Origin: an uncultured Acidobacteriota bacterium
Lineage (GTDB): Bacteria; Acidobacteriota; Thermoanaerobaculia; Multivoradales; UBA5704
Direction: 5' to 3'
Assembly: GCA_963770895.1 (NCBI GenBank)
Contig: CAVYRF010000001.1
Span: forward strand, 1,664,001-1,728,000
DNA: 64,000 nt
Shown here: in pieces, positions 29,547 through 39,071 of the stretch
How positions within the stretch are numbered: the stretch's first letter is position 1
Layout of the letters: the number at the start of each line of letters is the position of its first letter
Made by a program: the position numbers and the translations under genes
The notes under the pieces: generated by a model
Databases searched by the model: none
What the model was told of the DNA's origin: nothing
What the model saw: only the letters and a program-made list of their open reading frames with translations

Positions 29547-30269
29547 ATGGAGCAAAAAGTGCCGAGAGTGGAAGGATTCAGGGTACCGACTTTAGAGACG
29601 GAGCGCCTGCGGTTGCGGGACCTGCGGGGCAGCGACTTCGAAGACTACGCCCGCATGTATGCGGAACCTGAGGCGGTGCGTTTCCTGGCTACCGGGGAGA
29701 CGTGGGGCCGCGCCAGGGCGTGGCGGCATATGGCGATGGCGGTTGGGCACTGGCAGCTCAATGGAGCCGGGGTGTGGGTGGCGGAAGAGAAGGGGTCTGG
29801 CGCGTTCGTCGGCATGATCGGATTCTGGGAGCCGGAGACCTGGCCTGGCTTCGAGTTGACGTGGCATCTGGCGCCGAAGTTCTGGGGACGCGGGTACGCC
29901 TGCGAAGGGGCGCGGGCGGCCCTTGCGCATGCCTTCCTGGTCTGGCGGCGGGATCGGGTGATGAGCTTGGTGCACCCGCCGAACCTCCGCTCGGTCCGGG
30001 TGGCCGAGCGGATCGGCGAGCGGCTTGACGGCCTTGTCGATCACCTGGGGTCGCCGGTTCTCACCTTTGGGATCGACCGGGAAACCTATCTTCGAGAGGT
30101 TGCCCCGGCGGCGGTGACGGCCCCGCGGGCGGATGAGCGGGCGTATGAACAGGCGGGCGTCTGGCGACTGGATCCGAACCTGGCACTCCGCGGGGCGGTC
30201 GGCGCCCTGCCACCGCAGGACCGCGATGCTGGAGCGTCTTGGGCCCGCGCAAGCAGGAGCGCTGGATAA
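29547..30269 (+). CDS. RimJ/RimL-type GNAT N-acetyltransferase
   Basis: LETERLRLR; FWGRGYACEGA; NLRSVRVAERIG. Confidence 0.85.
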   Translation: MEQKVPRVEGFRVPTLETERLRLRDLRGSDFEDYARMYAEPEAVRFLATGETWGRARAWRHMAMAVGHWQLNGAGVWVAEEKGSGAFVGMIGFWEPETWPGFELTWHLAPKFWGRGYACEGARAALAHAFLVWRRDRVMSLVHPPNLRSVRVAERIGERLDGLVDHLGSPVLTFGIDRETYLREVAPAAVTAPRADERAYEQAGVWRLDPNLALRGAVGALPPQDRDAGASWARASRSAG

Positions 30270-30271
30270 CG

Positions 30272-31198
30272 ATGCCGACACGCGATGAGATGAAGCTGCT
30301 GCTCCGCATGCTGCGCACCATCCACGGTGGCAGCCAGCAGGAGCTGGGTACGGCAGCGTCGATCGATCGCACGACGATCAGCCGCTTCGAATCGGGCGAT
30401 ATGACTCCTTCGCGCGCCCATCTCACGCGGTTGGCGAAGGCGGCCGGCGTGTCGTTGCCGTTTGCCGAGTCGATCCTGCTGATGGTGGTTCGCCTGCTGC
30501 TGAACCCTGCGATGTCGGACCTGGGCCGCGCGCGGCCGGACGCAGAGGGCGACGCCTTGACGGCCATGGAGCGGGCGGTGGTGGAGACGCTGCGTTTGGG
30601 GGTCGCGGGGTTGCGCTCGGACCAGGTGACGCGCGACGCGGCGGATCGATCGGTGCTCCCGACCGCTGACGACAGGCTTGCCGTGCCAGCGCTTTGGGCG
30701 CGCTTCGCTGCGTGCGGGCTGGAAGAGCGGCGACGGCTGGTCGGGACGTGCACGGAGTTCCAGACCTGGGCGTTCAGCGAACGATTGTGCGAGCAGAGCG
30801 CCCAGGCGGCGGCGGAAGGCTCCGCGCAGGCGCTCGGTCTGGCGAGGCTTGCCCTGATGGCTGCCGAACGCGCGCCCGGCCCGGCCGACTGGAAATCGCA
30901 CTTACGGGGGCATGCCTGGGCGTTCGTGGGCAATGCGCTGCGGGCGGCGGGCGACCTGCCGGCTGCCGGTGCGGCCTTGTCCTTGGCGCGGACGCTGTGG
31001 CGGGAGGGCGCTTCCGGGTACGCCGGCCTGCTGGTGGGCTGGCACATGCCCGCTCTGCAGGCGTCCCTTGCCAGAGGTCAGGGCGAGCAGGGCCGCCCGG
31101 CCGGCGGCAGCGGTGCCTTGCTGGGGGGCGGCCGCGCGGCGATTGGCGCCGCGGCCGCCCCTGGGAGACGGGGCTTGGGGGATGTTGCGAAGGGCTAG
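30272..31198 (+). CDS. XRE-HTH + TPR-like regulator, probably 3'-truncated by the direct repeat
   Basis: SQQELGTAASIDRTTISRFESG; HAWAFVGNALRAAGDL; the last ~38 codons are read from the repeat copy. Confidence 0.7.
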   Translation: MPTRDEMKLLLRMLRTIHGGSQQELGTAASIDRTTISRFESGDMTPSRAHLTRLAKAAGVSLPFAESILLMVVRLLLNPAMSDLGRARPDAEGDALTAMERAVVETLRLGVAGLRSDQVTRDAADRSVLPTADDRLAVPALWARFAACGLEERRRLVGTCTEFQTWAFSERLCEQSAQAAAEGSAQALGLARLALMAAERAPGPADWKSHLRGHAWAFVGNALRAAGDLPAAGAALSLARTLWREGASGYAGLLVGWHMPALQASLARGQGEQGRPAGGSGALLGGGRAAIGAAAAPGRRGLGDVAKG

Positions 31199-31260
31199 TG
31201 CCCGCGCGGCAGGTCAGGGACAGGGGAAGGCGTTGGTGTCCTGGACCGCTTGGGCTGCTG
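31083..31260. repeat. Direct repeat copy 1 (178 bp)
   Basis: Near-identical to 32116-32294. Confidence 0.92.
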
Positions 31261-31394
31261 ATGAAGGCTATCCAGGCTCATGTCCTCCCTAGGGGACGAT
31301 TCTCGATTTGCGGCTAAGCCCCGGGGGCCAGCCTGGAAGAGGCGGGGGTGGCAAAACGCCTTGTAGGCACCTGCCGGTGTGCTTGCGGGAGTAC

Positions 31395-31684
31395 GATTGG
31401 CGCGATGAGCGAAGGGCTACCTCAACGGCGTTCAACCCGGCAAGGTATTGCTCGACAGCCCAGGTCTACTTATCCGGGCTTTGGCGCCGCAGCAGCTGCT
31501 GGCGATGAAGCTCTGCGCTTGGCGTGACGACGTGGATGTCGCGGATGCAGCGGTCCTTCTGCATGAGCTCCCTGGTGAGCGAGGAGAGGTTTGGAATCAG
31601 ATTCGGCCCTTCCTCGTCCCCGGCCGTGAGCTCAAGGCAGAGTATGCCTTTGACGATCTATGGGAGTCTGAGCGTGGATCTTAG
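31395..31684 (+). pseudogene. 3' remnant of a DUF6036-like nucleotidyltransferase (toxin)
   Basis: DW..(frameshift)..AKGYL...LLAMKLCAWRDDVDVADA; N-terminal catalytic part absent. Confidence 0.55.
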
Positions 31685-32027
31685 AGACCTGGTAAAGGCT
31701 CTCTTGCAGTTTGAGACGTTGACGGCACGGCAATGGCTCGCAGATGCAACGCGCTCAGGGTTCGTCTGGTCCGATGTTCCCTCCCCTGATGGCCTTGACG
31801 ATACAGAGCGAGCCGTCGCCGCCGGTGTCGCCGAGCTGTTAGCCGCCAGAGCAGGCCAGACGCCACCATCTTGGGCGGCGGCTATCCCGCCGGCACCGAA
31901 GACTCTGTTCCTCGTGCGCTCCGCCGCCACGATGCCGCGCCTTCGTGCCGCATGCGAGCAAGAAGGCCCGGAGCCCTTACGTCGCCGGGGGCTCTTGGCG
32001 CCACCGGGTTTTCTGACCATTGCTTAG
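31674..32027 (+). CDS. Putative antitoxin-like partner of the nucleotidyltransferase
   Basis: AVAAGVAELLAARAGQTPPSW...PEPLRRRGL; overlaps the remnant's stop. Confidence 0.55.
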   Translation: MDLRDLVKALLQFETLTARQWLADATRSGFVWSDVPSPDGLDDTERAVAAGVAELLAARAGQTPPSWAAAIPPAPKTLFLVRSAATMPRLRAACEQEGPEPLRRRGLLAPPGFLTIA

Positions 32028-32115
32028 ATTGCCATGTGACTCGTGGCGGTAGTCTCGACAGTTGAAGATGTTTTTCTCCTGAGTTGCTGCTCGAGGTAAT
32101 TGAACAAAGACGGTA

Positions 32116-32294
32116 GCGAGCAGGGCCGCTCGGCCGGCGGCAGCGGTGCCCGCAGCGGGGCGGCCGCGCGGCGATTGGCGCCGGGCGGCCGCCCCTGGGA
32201 GACGGGGCTTGGGGGATGTTGCGAAGGGCTAGTGCCTGCGCGGCAGGTCAGGGACAGGGGAAGGCGTTGGTGTCCTGGACCGCTTGGGCTGCTG
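32116..32294. repeat. Direct repeat copy 2 (includes the protease 3' end)
   Basis: Near-identical to 31083-31260. Confidence 0.92.
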
Positions 32295-34098
32295 TCAGGT
32301 CGGGGTTCAAGTAGGTCTTGACGTGGCCGGTGTTGGTGTCGGTGACGTTGATGGTGAGGCCGACGTTGGTGGTGGCGGAAAAGAAGACCCAGAAGGTGGA
32401 GCTCACCGGGCAGGCATTGATGATCTTGACCAGCAGCTCGGGGTTGGTGGCGCTGAAGAACCACAGGATGCCGCCTTGGTCGATGCCCAGGCTGGACAGG
32501 GGGATGGAGTTGCCGTTGCCGCTCAAGCCGCCGCCCTGCGAGGTCTTGAAGGAGGCGGTGACCTTGAAGCGGTGGTCGCCGGCGTTGTTGTCGATGCAGA
32601 GGGTGGTGGCGTTGGCGACGCAGGGGGTGGTCTGGCCCGCCGCGGGGCTGAGCCACGCCTGGAGGAAGGGATAGCTGACGTTGAACGCGCCGTCGAACTC
32701 CGAGTTGGCGTAGTCGCAGCCGTTGCTGGGGTCGTGGCCGGTGAAGGCGCAGCCGCCTCCCAGCTGGCCGACGACGTCGCCGTTGGCGAGCAGCAACGGC
32801 GAGCCGGAGCTGCCGCCGAACGTGGCGCCCTGGCTGAGGCTGCCGTAGATGAACTGCGGGCGCGGCGCGCCGTCGCTGCACACCGGGATGCTGCTGCCGG
32901 TCTGCAACGCAGAACGCGAGAACTGCTCGGTCAACGAAAAGCCGTCCGGCGCCGGAAAGGACAGGCGGTTGAGCTGGGTGCCCTGCGTGAGGTCGCTGGC
33001 GTTGGCGTCCCAGCCGAAGTACCAGCGCCCGGGGACCGCGCCGTTGAGCTGCACGAGGGTGAAGTCGGAGCTGTTGTCCGGTGCCTGCGCCGACTTGGTG
33101 GCGAGCAGGGTCGAGCCGCTGACGATGAGGGGCGTCGTCGGCGGGTTGCCGTTGCAGGTGTCGTCGTAGTAGTCGAAGGTCGCTTCCAGGCTGGAGGCGG
33201 CGTCCTGGTCGGCGAAGCAGTGGTTGGCGGTCAGCAGGTAGGGCGTGTCGTTGTTGGCGGTGTTGTTGAGCAGGCCGCCCGAGCACAGGTAGGCGGTGCC
33301 CTGGTCGACGAATTCCAGGGCGGCGACGCCGTGGCGAAAGTTGGCGACGCCGGGGAACTGGCTGTTGGTGATGCAGGTGGCGTCCACCAGGCAGCTGGTG
33401 TTGACGGCGGCGGGGGCGGTGCCGGTGGCGGTCGCGGGGTTGCCGTGGACCAGCTCCATCACCTCGCGCAGCGCGAAGTTGGCGGTGGTGGCGCCGGCCG
33501 GCACGTGCACTTCGAAGCTGACCGATTCACCGGGGACGGTGGGCGTCCACAGGTTGCCGGCGGGCGACAGCAGCTCGAGGCCGAAGGCGTGGCTGACGCC
33601 GTCGCTGCCGGACACCAGCATCTGGGTGCCGGCCGGCAGGTGGACGTTGGCCAGGTGCAGGCGCAGGCGGTAGGACTCCTGGACGCGGATGTGCACGCCC
33701 CAGGCGAGCTGGCCGCCGCCGGCATTGCCGACGATGCCGCCGGCGTACGGGCGCGGCGTGGCACCGGCGGCGACGGTGCCGGCGCGGGCCAGGTCGATGA
33801 CGCCGCCGTTGGGCAGGGCGCGCGGGAAGCCGATGCGATAGGGGAGCTTGCCGGCGGAGTTCCAGGTGGTCAGGGCTTCGATCTGGTCGACGGCGCCGAC
33901 GCTGGCCGGCACCAGGTCCTGGTGGATGGTCTGGGCGAGCGCGCCGGCCAAGGCGAGCGGCGTGGCGGCGGTGGCGCGGGGCGCGGCGTCCGGCGGCGAC
34001 ATATGACCGGCCAGTCGCTGCGCGAAGCCGGGGGTGATCGCAGCCGCGAGGCCCAACCACAGGATGGCGGCAGCGACGGTATGACGGCGGCAGTGCAT
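32248..34098 (-). CDS. Secreted lysyl-endopeptidase-like (trypsin-fold) serine protease with C-terminal AFPCP domain
   Basis: CSGGLLNN; LLTANHC; SDFTLVQL; GGSSGSPL; AAAGGAG RBS. Confidence 0.9.
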   Translation of the reverse strand: MHCRRHTVAAAILWLGLAAAITPGFAQRLAGHMSPPDAAPRATAATPLALAGALAQTIHQDLVPASVGAVDQIEALTTWNSAGKLPYRIGFPRALPNGGVIDLARAGTVAAGATPRPYAGGIVGNAGGGQLAWGVHIRVQESYRLRLHLANVHLPAGTQMLVSGSDGVSHAFGLELLSPAGNLWTPTVPGESVSFEVHVPAGATTANFALREVMELVHGNPATATGTAPAAVNTSCLVDATCITNSQFPGVANFRHGVAALEFVDQGTAYLCSGGLLNNTANNDTPYLLTANHCFADQDAASSLEATFDYYDDTCNGNPPTTPLIVSGSTLLATKSAQAPDNSSDFTLVQLNGAVPGRWYFGWDANASDLTQGTQLNRLSFPAPDGFSLTEQFSRSALQTGSSIPVCSDGAPRPQFIYGSLSQGATFGGSSGSPLLLANGDVVGQLGGGCAFTGHDPSNGCDYANSEFDGAFNVSYPFLQAWLSPAAGQTTPCVANATTLCIDNNAGDHRFKVTASFKTSQGGGLSGNGNSIPLSSLGIDQGGILWFFSATNPELLVKIINACPVSSTFWVFFSATTNVGLTINVTDTNTGHVKTYLNPDLTAAQAVQDTNAFPCP

Positions 34099-34281
34099 GC
34101 AAGCTCCTTTCATTCGCAGATCGGGATCGGGTGGACGACGCGAGGTGACCTGCGGGTGTTCACTCCCTCGGAAGCGTCTCTGGAATCAAGAGTCCATAGA
34201 CCGACCCAAAGTATACGGCTGTCGCGCCCAGGGCGTTGAGTCCGCGGCTCGTTCGCCGGCCCTGTGCTAGCCTGCGGCGTC

Positions 34282-36576
34282 ATGCGCGACGCGATCACCG
34301 CGCGCGGCCCGGCCGCAGGCTGGCGGCTCGCGGCAGCCGGCTGGCTGCTCGGATGCGTTGCGAGCCTGCCCGCCCTGGCCGCGGCCGCGCCAGCTTCGAC
34401 GGCACCCTCCGCTCCCACTTCCGCCCCCGCCCAGGCCCCCGCCGTCACCACCCCCGCCGCTGCCGCCGCCGGCTTCGATCCGGCGGCGCTCGACCGCGGC
34501 GCGGCCGCCTGCGGCGACTTCTACACCTTTGCCTGCGGCGGCTGGATCGCCGGCCATCCCATCCCGCCGGACCAGGCGGCGACGGACCGCTTCCGCGAGG
34601 CCGAGGAGCGCACCGCCGAGCGCCTGCGCCTCCTCCTGGAGGATGCCGCCGCCGGCAAACCGGCGCCCGCGACCGCCTGGCAGCCGCCGGCCCGGGCGCT
34701 CGCCGGCCAGACGGCGCCGGCCGCTCCGCCGGATACCAGGGAGCCGCTGTGGCTGGCGGTGCGCAAGAACCAGGCGTGGGTGGCGGAGCCGCAGGCGCCG
34801 GCGCCGCCGCCTGCTCCCTACCGGCCGATGCCGCAAAGCGAGCGCCGCAAGCTGGGCGACGACTATGCCAGCTGCATGGACGAAGCGGGCATCGAGGCCA
34901 AGGGGCTCTCGCCGTTGCAGCCTTCACTCCAGGACCTGGCGGCGCTGCGTTCGGCGGCCGATCTGCCGGCGGTGGTGGCGCGGCTGCACCTGGCGGGCGT
35001 CGGCGCGCTGTTCCGCTTTGCGTCCGCCCCCGACCCGCAGCACAGCGACAGCACCGTGGCGGTGCTCGACCAGGGCGGCATGGCGCTGCCGCAGCGCGAC
35101 GTCTACGTCGGCGACGACCCCGCCTCAGCCGCCGCCCGCGGCCTGTATGCCGGCCACGTCGAGCGTATGTTTGCGTTGCTCGGCGACCCGCCGGCGCGCG
35201 CCGCCGCCGAGGCGGCGGACGCCGTGGCGGTCGAGACGGCGCTGGCCCGCGGCGCCCTCGACCCGGTCAGCCGGCGCGATCCCGAGCGCCTCGACCACCT
35301 GCTGTCGCGGCCCGAGCTGGAGGCGCTGACGCCGGCTTTCAATTGGAATTCGTACTTCGGCGCGCTCGGCGCGCCGCCCATGGAGTCGCTGCTGGTGACC
35401 GAGCCGGCCTTCCTGCGGGCGATGGCGGCCGCCGTCGCCGCCAGCGGCATCGACCGGCTGCGGTCCTACCTGCGCTGGCAGGTGGTGCACGCCGCGGCGC
35501 CGCTTTTGCCGCGCGCCTTCGCGGCGGAAGACTTCGCCTACTTTCAGCAGGCGCTCCTGGGCGTGCGCCAACCCGCGCCGCGCTGGCGGCGCTGTGTCGC
35601 GGCGACCGGCGACGACCTGGACCAGGACCTGGGCCGCGCCTACGTCGAGCAGGCGCTGACGCCGGCGGTCAAGCAGCGCGTCCTCACCATGGTCGACAGC
35701 CTGCAGCTGGCATTCACCACCGACATCAGCACCCGCACCTGGCTGACGGACCCGACCAAGCGCCGGGCGCTGGTCAAGCTGCGGGCCATGCGCAGCGAGA
35801 TCGCCGACCCCGGCGCCTGGCACGCCGACCCGGCGCTCTCGATCGTGCGCGGCGACGCGCTGGGCAATCGCCGGCGCGCCGCGGCCGCCGCGCTGGCGCG
35901 CCAGGTGGCGCGCATCGGCAATTCGCCCGACCGCGACGAATGGCAGCTGGCGCCCTGGGCGGCCGACGCCCTGTACGATCCGTCGCGCAACGACGTGACG
36001 TTGCCGGCCGGCCTGCTGCAGCCGCCGTTCTTCGACCCGCAGGGCGACGACGCGGCCAACTACGGTGCCCTCGGCAGCATCATCGGCAGCCAGCTGGCGC
36101 ACGGCTTCGACGACGTGGGGCGCCGTTTCGACGCGGACGGCAGCTTGCGCGACTGGTGGCCGCCCGCCGACCTGGCGGAGTTCGACCGCCGCGCGACCTG
36201 CATCGCCGACCAGTACGCCGCCGCGGCGGCGCCGGGCGACCCGCAGACCGACGCGCACCTCACCCTGGGCGACGACCTGGACGGCGCCGCCGGCCTGCGC
36301 ATCGCCTTCCTGGCGTACCGGTCGCAGTCGCGGGGCCACCCGGCGGCGGCGGTCGCGGGCTTCGATCCCGAGCAGCGCTTTTTCCTGGCCTTCGCCCAGA
36401 CCTACTGCAGCGCGAGCGATCCGCAGCAGGCGCGGTGGCTGGCCGAAACCGGCAGCCACGCGCCGGACCGCGTGCGGGTGCTGGGGGCGCTCGCCGACAG
36501 CCCGGAGTTCGCGCACGCCTTCAGCTGCCCGCTGGGTAAGCCGATCGTGGGGCGGGACCCGTGCCGGCTGTGGTAA
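34282..36576 (+). CDS. M13 (neprilysin/PepO-like) metallopeptidase homolog, catalytic motifs degenerate
   Basis: CGDFYTFACGGW; PAGLLQPPFFD; NYGALG; SQLAHGFDD. Confidence 0.88.
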   Translation: MRDAITARGPAAGWRLAAAGWLLGCVASLPALAAAAPASTAPSAPTSAPAQAPAVTTPAAAAAGFDPAALDRGAAACGDFYTFACGGWIAGHPIPPDQAATDRFREAEERTAERLRLLLEDAAAGKPAPATAWQPPARALAGQTAPAAPPDTREPLWLAVRKNQAWVAEPQAPAPPPAPYRPMPQSERRKLGDDYASCMDEAGIEAKGLSPLQPSLQDLAALRSAADLPAVVARLHLAGVGALFRFASAPDPQHSDSTVAVLDQGGMALPQRDVYVGDDPASAAARGLYAGHVERMFALLGDPPARAAAEAADAVAVETALARGALDPVSRRDPERLDHLLSRPELEALTPAFNWNSYFGALGAPPMESLLVTEPAFLRAMAAAVAASGIDRLRSYLRWQVVHAAAPLLPRAFAAEDFAYFQQALLGVRQPAPRWRRCVAATGDDLDQDLGRAYVEQALTPAVKQRVLTMVDSLQLAFTTDISTRTWLTDPTKRRALVKLRAMRSEIADPGAWHADPALSIVRGDALGNRRRAAAAALARQVARIGNSPDRDEWQLAPWAADALYDPSRNDVTLPAGLLQPPFFDPQGDDAANYGALGSIIGSQLAHGFDDVGRRFDADGSLRDWWPPADLAEFDRRATCIADQYAAAAAPGDPQTDAHLTLGDDLDGAAGLRIAFLAYRSQSRGHPAAAVAGFDPEQRFFLAFAQTYCSASDPQQARWLAETGSHAPDRVRVLGALADSPEFAHAFSCPLGKPIVGRDPCRLW

Positions 36577-37084
36577 CGCCGCGATCGGGCAGGACGAAGG
36601 TCCGCCTCGCCAGCTCCGAGTCCAGCGTCTCGTCGCGGTAGTACGCCGCCAGGATCGACGGCCGCCAGCTGAACAGGTCGGGGTTGGCGGCGGCGAACGC
36701 CTCCCAGCCAGCGGCGCCGCTCGGCTCCCCTCCGGCCGCGGCCCCCGACGACCGCTGCCGGCGCTCGTGAATGAGCAGCAGGTACGCCCAGGTGATCGTC
36801 TCGTGGTACAGGCGGGGTTTGCCGTAGGCCGCCGCGAGCCGCCGCAGCGCCGCCGCGAAATGCTCGATCGCGGCCAGCGGCGCATGGCGTTCCAGGTACA
36901 GCCACGCGACCCGCACGTGCTGACGGTGGGTCAGACGGCGTTCCGGCAGCGTGCCGTCCTCGAACTGGTCGAAGAGCACCGCCGCGTCCAGCTCGTCGAC
37001 CGGCGGTGCCGCTGGTCGCGACGATGTCTCCTGCGGGTGCAGGTGCAGGTGCGGGTGCGGATCCGGCGCAGCCTTGGCGCTCAT
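36521..37084 (-). CDS. Hypothetical protein
   Basis: THRQHVRVAW; YHETITWAYL; coupled (ATGA) to the upstream gene. Confidence 0.7.
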   Translation of the reverse strand: MSAKAAPDPHPHLHLHPQETSSRPAAPPVDELDAAVLFDQFEDGTLPERRLTHRQHVRVAWLYLERHAPLAAIEHFAAALRRLAAAYGKPRLYHETITWAYLLLIHERRQRSSGAAAGGEPSGAAGWEAFAAANPDLFSWRPSILAAYYRDETLDSELARRTFVLPDRGVTTAGTGPAPRSAYPAGS

Positions 37085-37431
37085 GGCGCCTCCTGCTTTT
37101 CGATCAGCCGGTGACTGCTGCGTGCATCCAGGTCCAGCCCATAGATGCGCTTGAGCTCGGCGATGCGGGCCAGTGACGCCGCTTCGAAGGGCACGCGCCC
37201 GTCAAAGGCGTGCAGCACGATCCCCTCCAGCAGGTCGCCAAGGCTCATGTCGTACAGCTCGGCCAGCGCCTTGAGCACCTTGACCAGGCGCTTTTCCATC
37301 CGCACCCCGGTCTGTACCCGCTCGATCACCAGGTTGCCAGCGGGGCTGGCGGCATCGACGGCGCTGGCGGTGCCGGTGGCTCCGGCGGTCCCGGCGGGCG
37401 GCGCCGCCGGGTCTGATTCGGTTCTGTTCAT
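37081..37431 (-). CDS. Small ribbon-helix-helix-like conserved protein
   Basis: RVQTGVRMEKRLVKVLKALAELYDMSLGDLLEGIV; GGAG RBS. Confidence 0.7.
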   Translation of the reverse strand: MNRTESDPAAPPAGTAGATGTASAVDAASPAGNLVIERVQTGVRMEKRLVKVLKALAELYDMSLGDLLEGIVLHAFDGRVPFEAASLARIAELKRIYGLDLDARSSHRLIEKQEAP

Positions 37432-37567
37432 AAGGTCTCCCCCATTGTTACCATAGTACCACGGTAACAAGAGGGGCGATCCCTTTCGAGGCTTCCTGCC
37501 GCGAAGCCGCGGTTGGCACCGCCCCGTCGAGGGCGATGACCCGCGCGCCGCGCGGCCGATGGAGGCG

Positions 37568-38872
37568 CTAGGCGCTGCCGGGGTCGGCCATCGCCGCCGG
37601 CATCCCGGCGGACGGTGGTGGCGGCGCCGGCGGGACGGCGCGCGCCAGGCGGGTGGCGTCCAGCAGGTCGAGGAGATAGGTGGCGGGCACCAGCAGCATG
37701 GCGCTGACCGCCAGACCCGCCAGCACGCCGCTCGGCAGGTCGAGGTCGTTGTCGATCCGCGCCAGGCCGATGAGCAGCACCAGCGCGGCGTCCAGCAGGG
37801 CGGCGGGCCATCGCCATGCGGGCCGGTTGCGCGACAGCAGCAGCGCCGTGGCGCCGTAGCCGGTGGCGGCGACCAGTGCGTTGCCGCTCAGCAAACCGGA
37901 GAACAGGCCGATGGCGCCGGTCCACCAAGCCATCGAGCGGTTGAGATCGACGCTCAGCAGCAGGCTCGCGCAGTAGGTCGCGATCAGCACCAGGGCTTCG
38001 CCGCGCCGCCGCCGCCACAGGCACCAGGCGGTGACGCCCAGGACCACGGCCAGCAGGATTGGCGCCGAGCCCAGGACGGCGAACAGCTGCAGCCCGCTGT
38101 GGATGGCGGGGGAGAGCCAGCTGTCCATCCAGCCGGTGACCTGGCCGTCGAAATGGGTATAGCGCCGCGACACCACCCGGCCGGCCAGGCGGGCCAGGCT
38201 GCCGAGCACGGTCAGCTCGACGATCAGTACCCACAGCTGGCGCTGGCTGAAGCGTCCGGGCAGCGACTCGCGGAACCACAGCAGGACGCGGTCGCGATGG
38301 CGCCCGGCGATGCGCAGCAGGATGAGGCTCGCGGCCAGGACCAGCACCGACAGGCCGACGCGGCCGATGAAGTGCTCGGCCCGCCCCCAGCTTTCGCCGA
38401 AGGCATAGCCCAGCAGGCCGATGCTGGTTGCCCACAGCAGGCAGGCGGTGGCGTTGAAGGCGGCGAAGCGCGGCCAGCGCAGACCGCTGATGCCGGCAAA
38501 CAGCGGCGCGAACGCCCGCACCCCCGACAGGAAGCGGGCGACCAGGATGGTCTTGGTGCCGTGGCGGGCGAAGAATCCTTCGACCGCCAGCAGCCGCGGC
38601 GCGGTCAGCCCGACCCAGCGGCCGTGCCGCTCGACAAACCCGCGGCCGCCTCGCCGGCCGATCCAGTAGCCGGTGTTGTCGCCCGCGACGGCGGCCAGGA
38701 ACGCCGTGACCAGCAGCCAACCCAGCGACAGCGATCCCTGGCGGGCGAAGAAACCGCCGGCCAGCAGGACCGTCTCGCCGGGCAGCGGCAGGCCGCAGCC
38801 TTCGAAGTAGATCCCGATCACCACCACGGCATAGCCGTAGCTTGCGAACGCCGCCGCCAGCCAGTGCCCCAT
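37568..38872 (-). CDS. DedA/VTT family membrane protein with PAP2-like C-terminal region
   Basis: EGCGLPLPGETVLL; GDNTGYWIGR; ARFLSGVR. Confidence 0.85.
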   Translation of the reverse strand: MGHWLAAAFASYGYAVVVIGIYFEGCGLPLPGETVLLAGGFFARQGSLSLGWLLVTAFLAAVAGDNTGYWIGRRGGRGFVERHGRWVGLTAPRLLAVEGFFARHGTKTILVARFLSGVRAFAPLFAGISGLRWPRFAAFNATACLLWATSIGLLGYAFGESWGRAEHFIGRVGLSVLVLAASLILLRIAGRHRDRVLLWFRESLPGRFSQRQLWVLIVELTVLGSLARLAGRVVSRRYTHFDGQVTGWMDSWLSPAIHSGLQLFAVLGSAPILLAVVLGVTAWCLWRRRRGEALVLIATYCASLLLSVDLNRSMAWWTGAIGLFSGLLSGNALVAATGYGATALLLSRNRPAWRWPAALLDAALVLLIGLARIDNDLDLPSGVLAGLAVSAMLLVPATYLLDLLDATRLARAVPPAPPPPSAGMPAAMADPGSA

Positions 38873-39071
38873 GCCGCCCAGGCTACCACGCGCCGGCCGC
38901 CTCCCGGAGACCCGCCGGGAGGGGAGGGTAGGGTTGCAGATTGGCGCGAGTTGGGCCATAATGTGTTCTGTGCCGGCCCAAAAGGATCTCCCTTTTGCCA
39001 TCGTAGATGGGGCGGATGGTCCGCGACCTGACGACGGCGTTCGGCTGGCCTAGAGAGAGGGCTGAAGCGAC

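Noticed and set aside
31196-31281. Minus-strand mini-ORF MSLDSLHQQPKR...
   Set aside because: RBS spacing is too short and it is mostly read from the repeat in another frame; probably a junction artefact.
36521-36576. 56-nt convergent overlap
   Set aside because: Common stop-codon drift in high-GC genomes.
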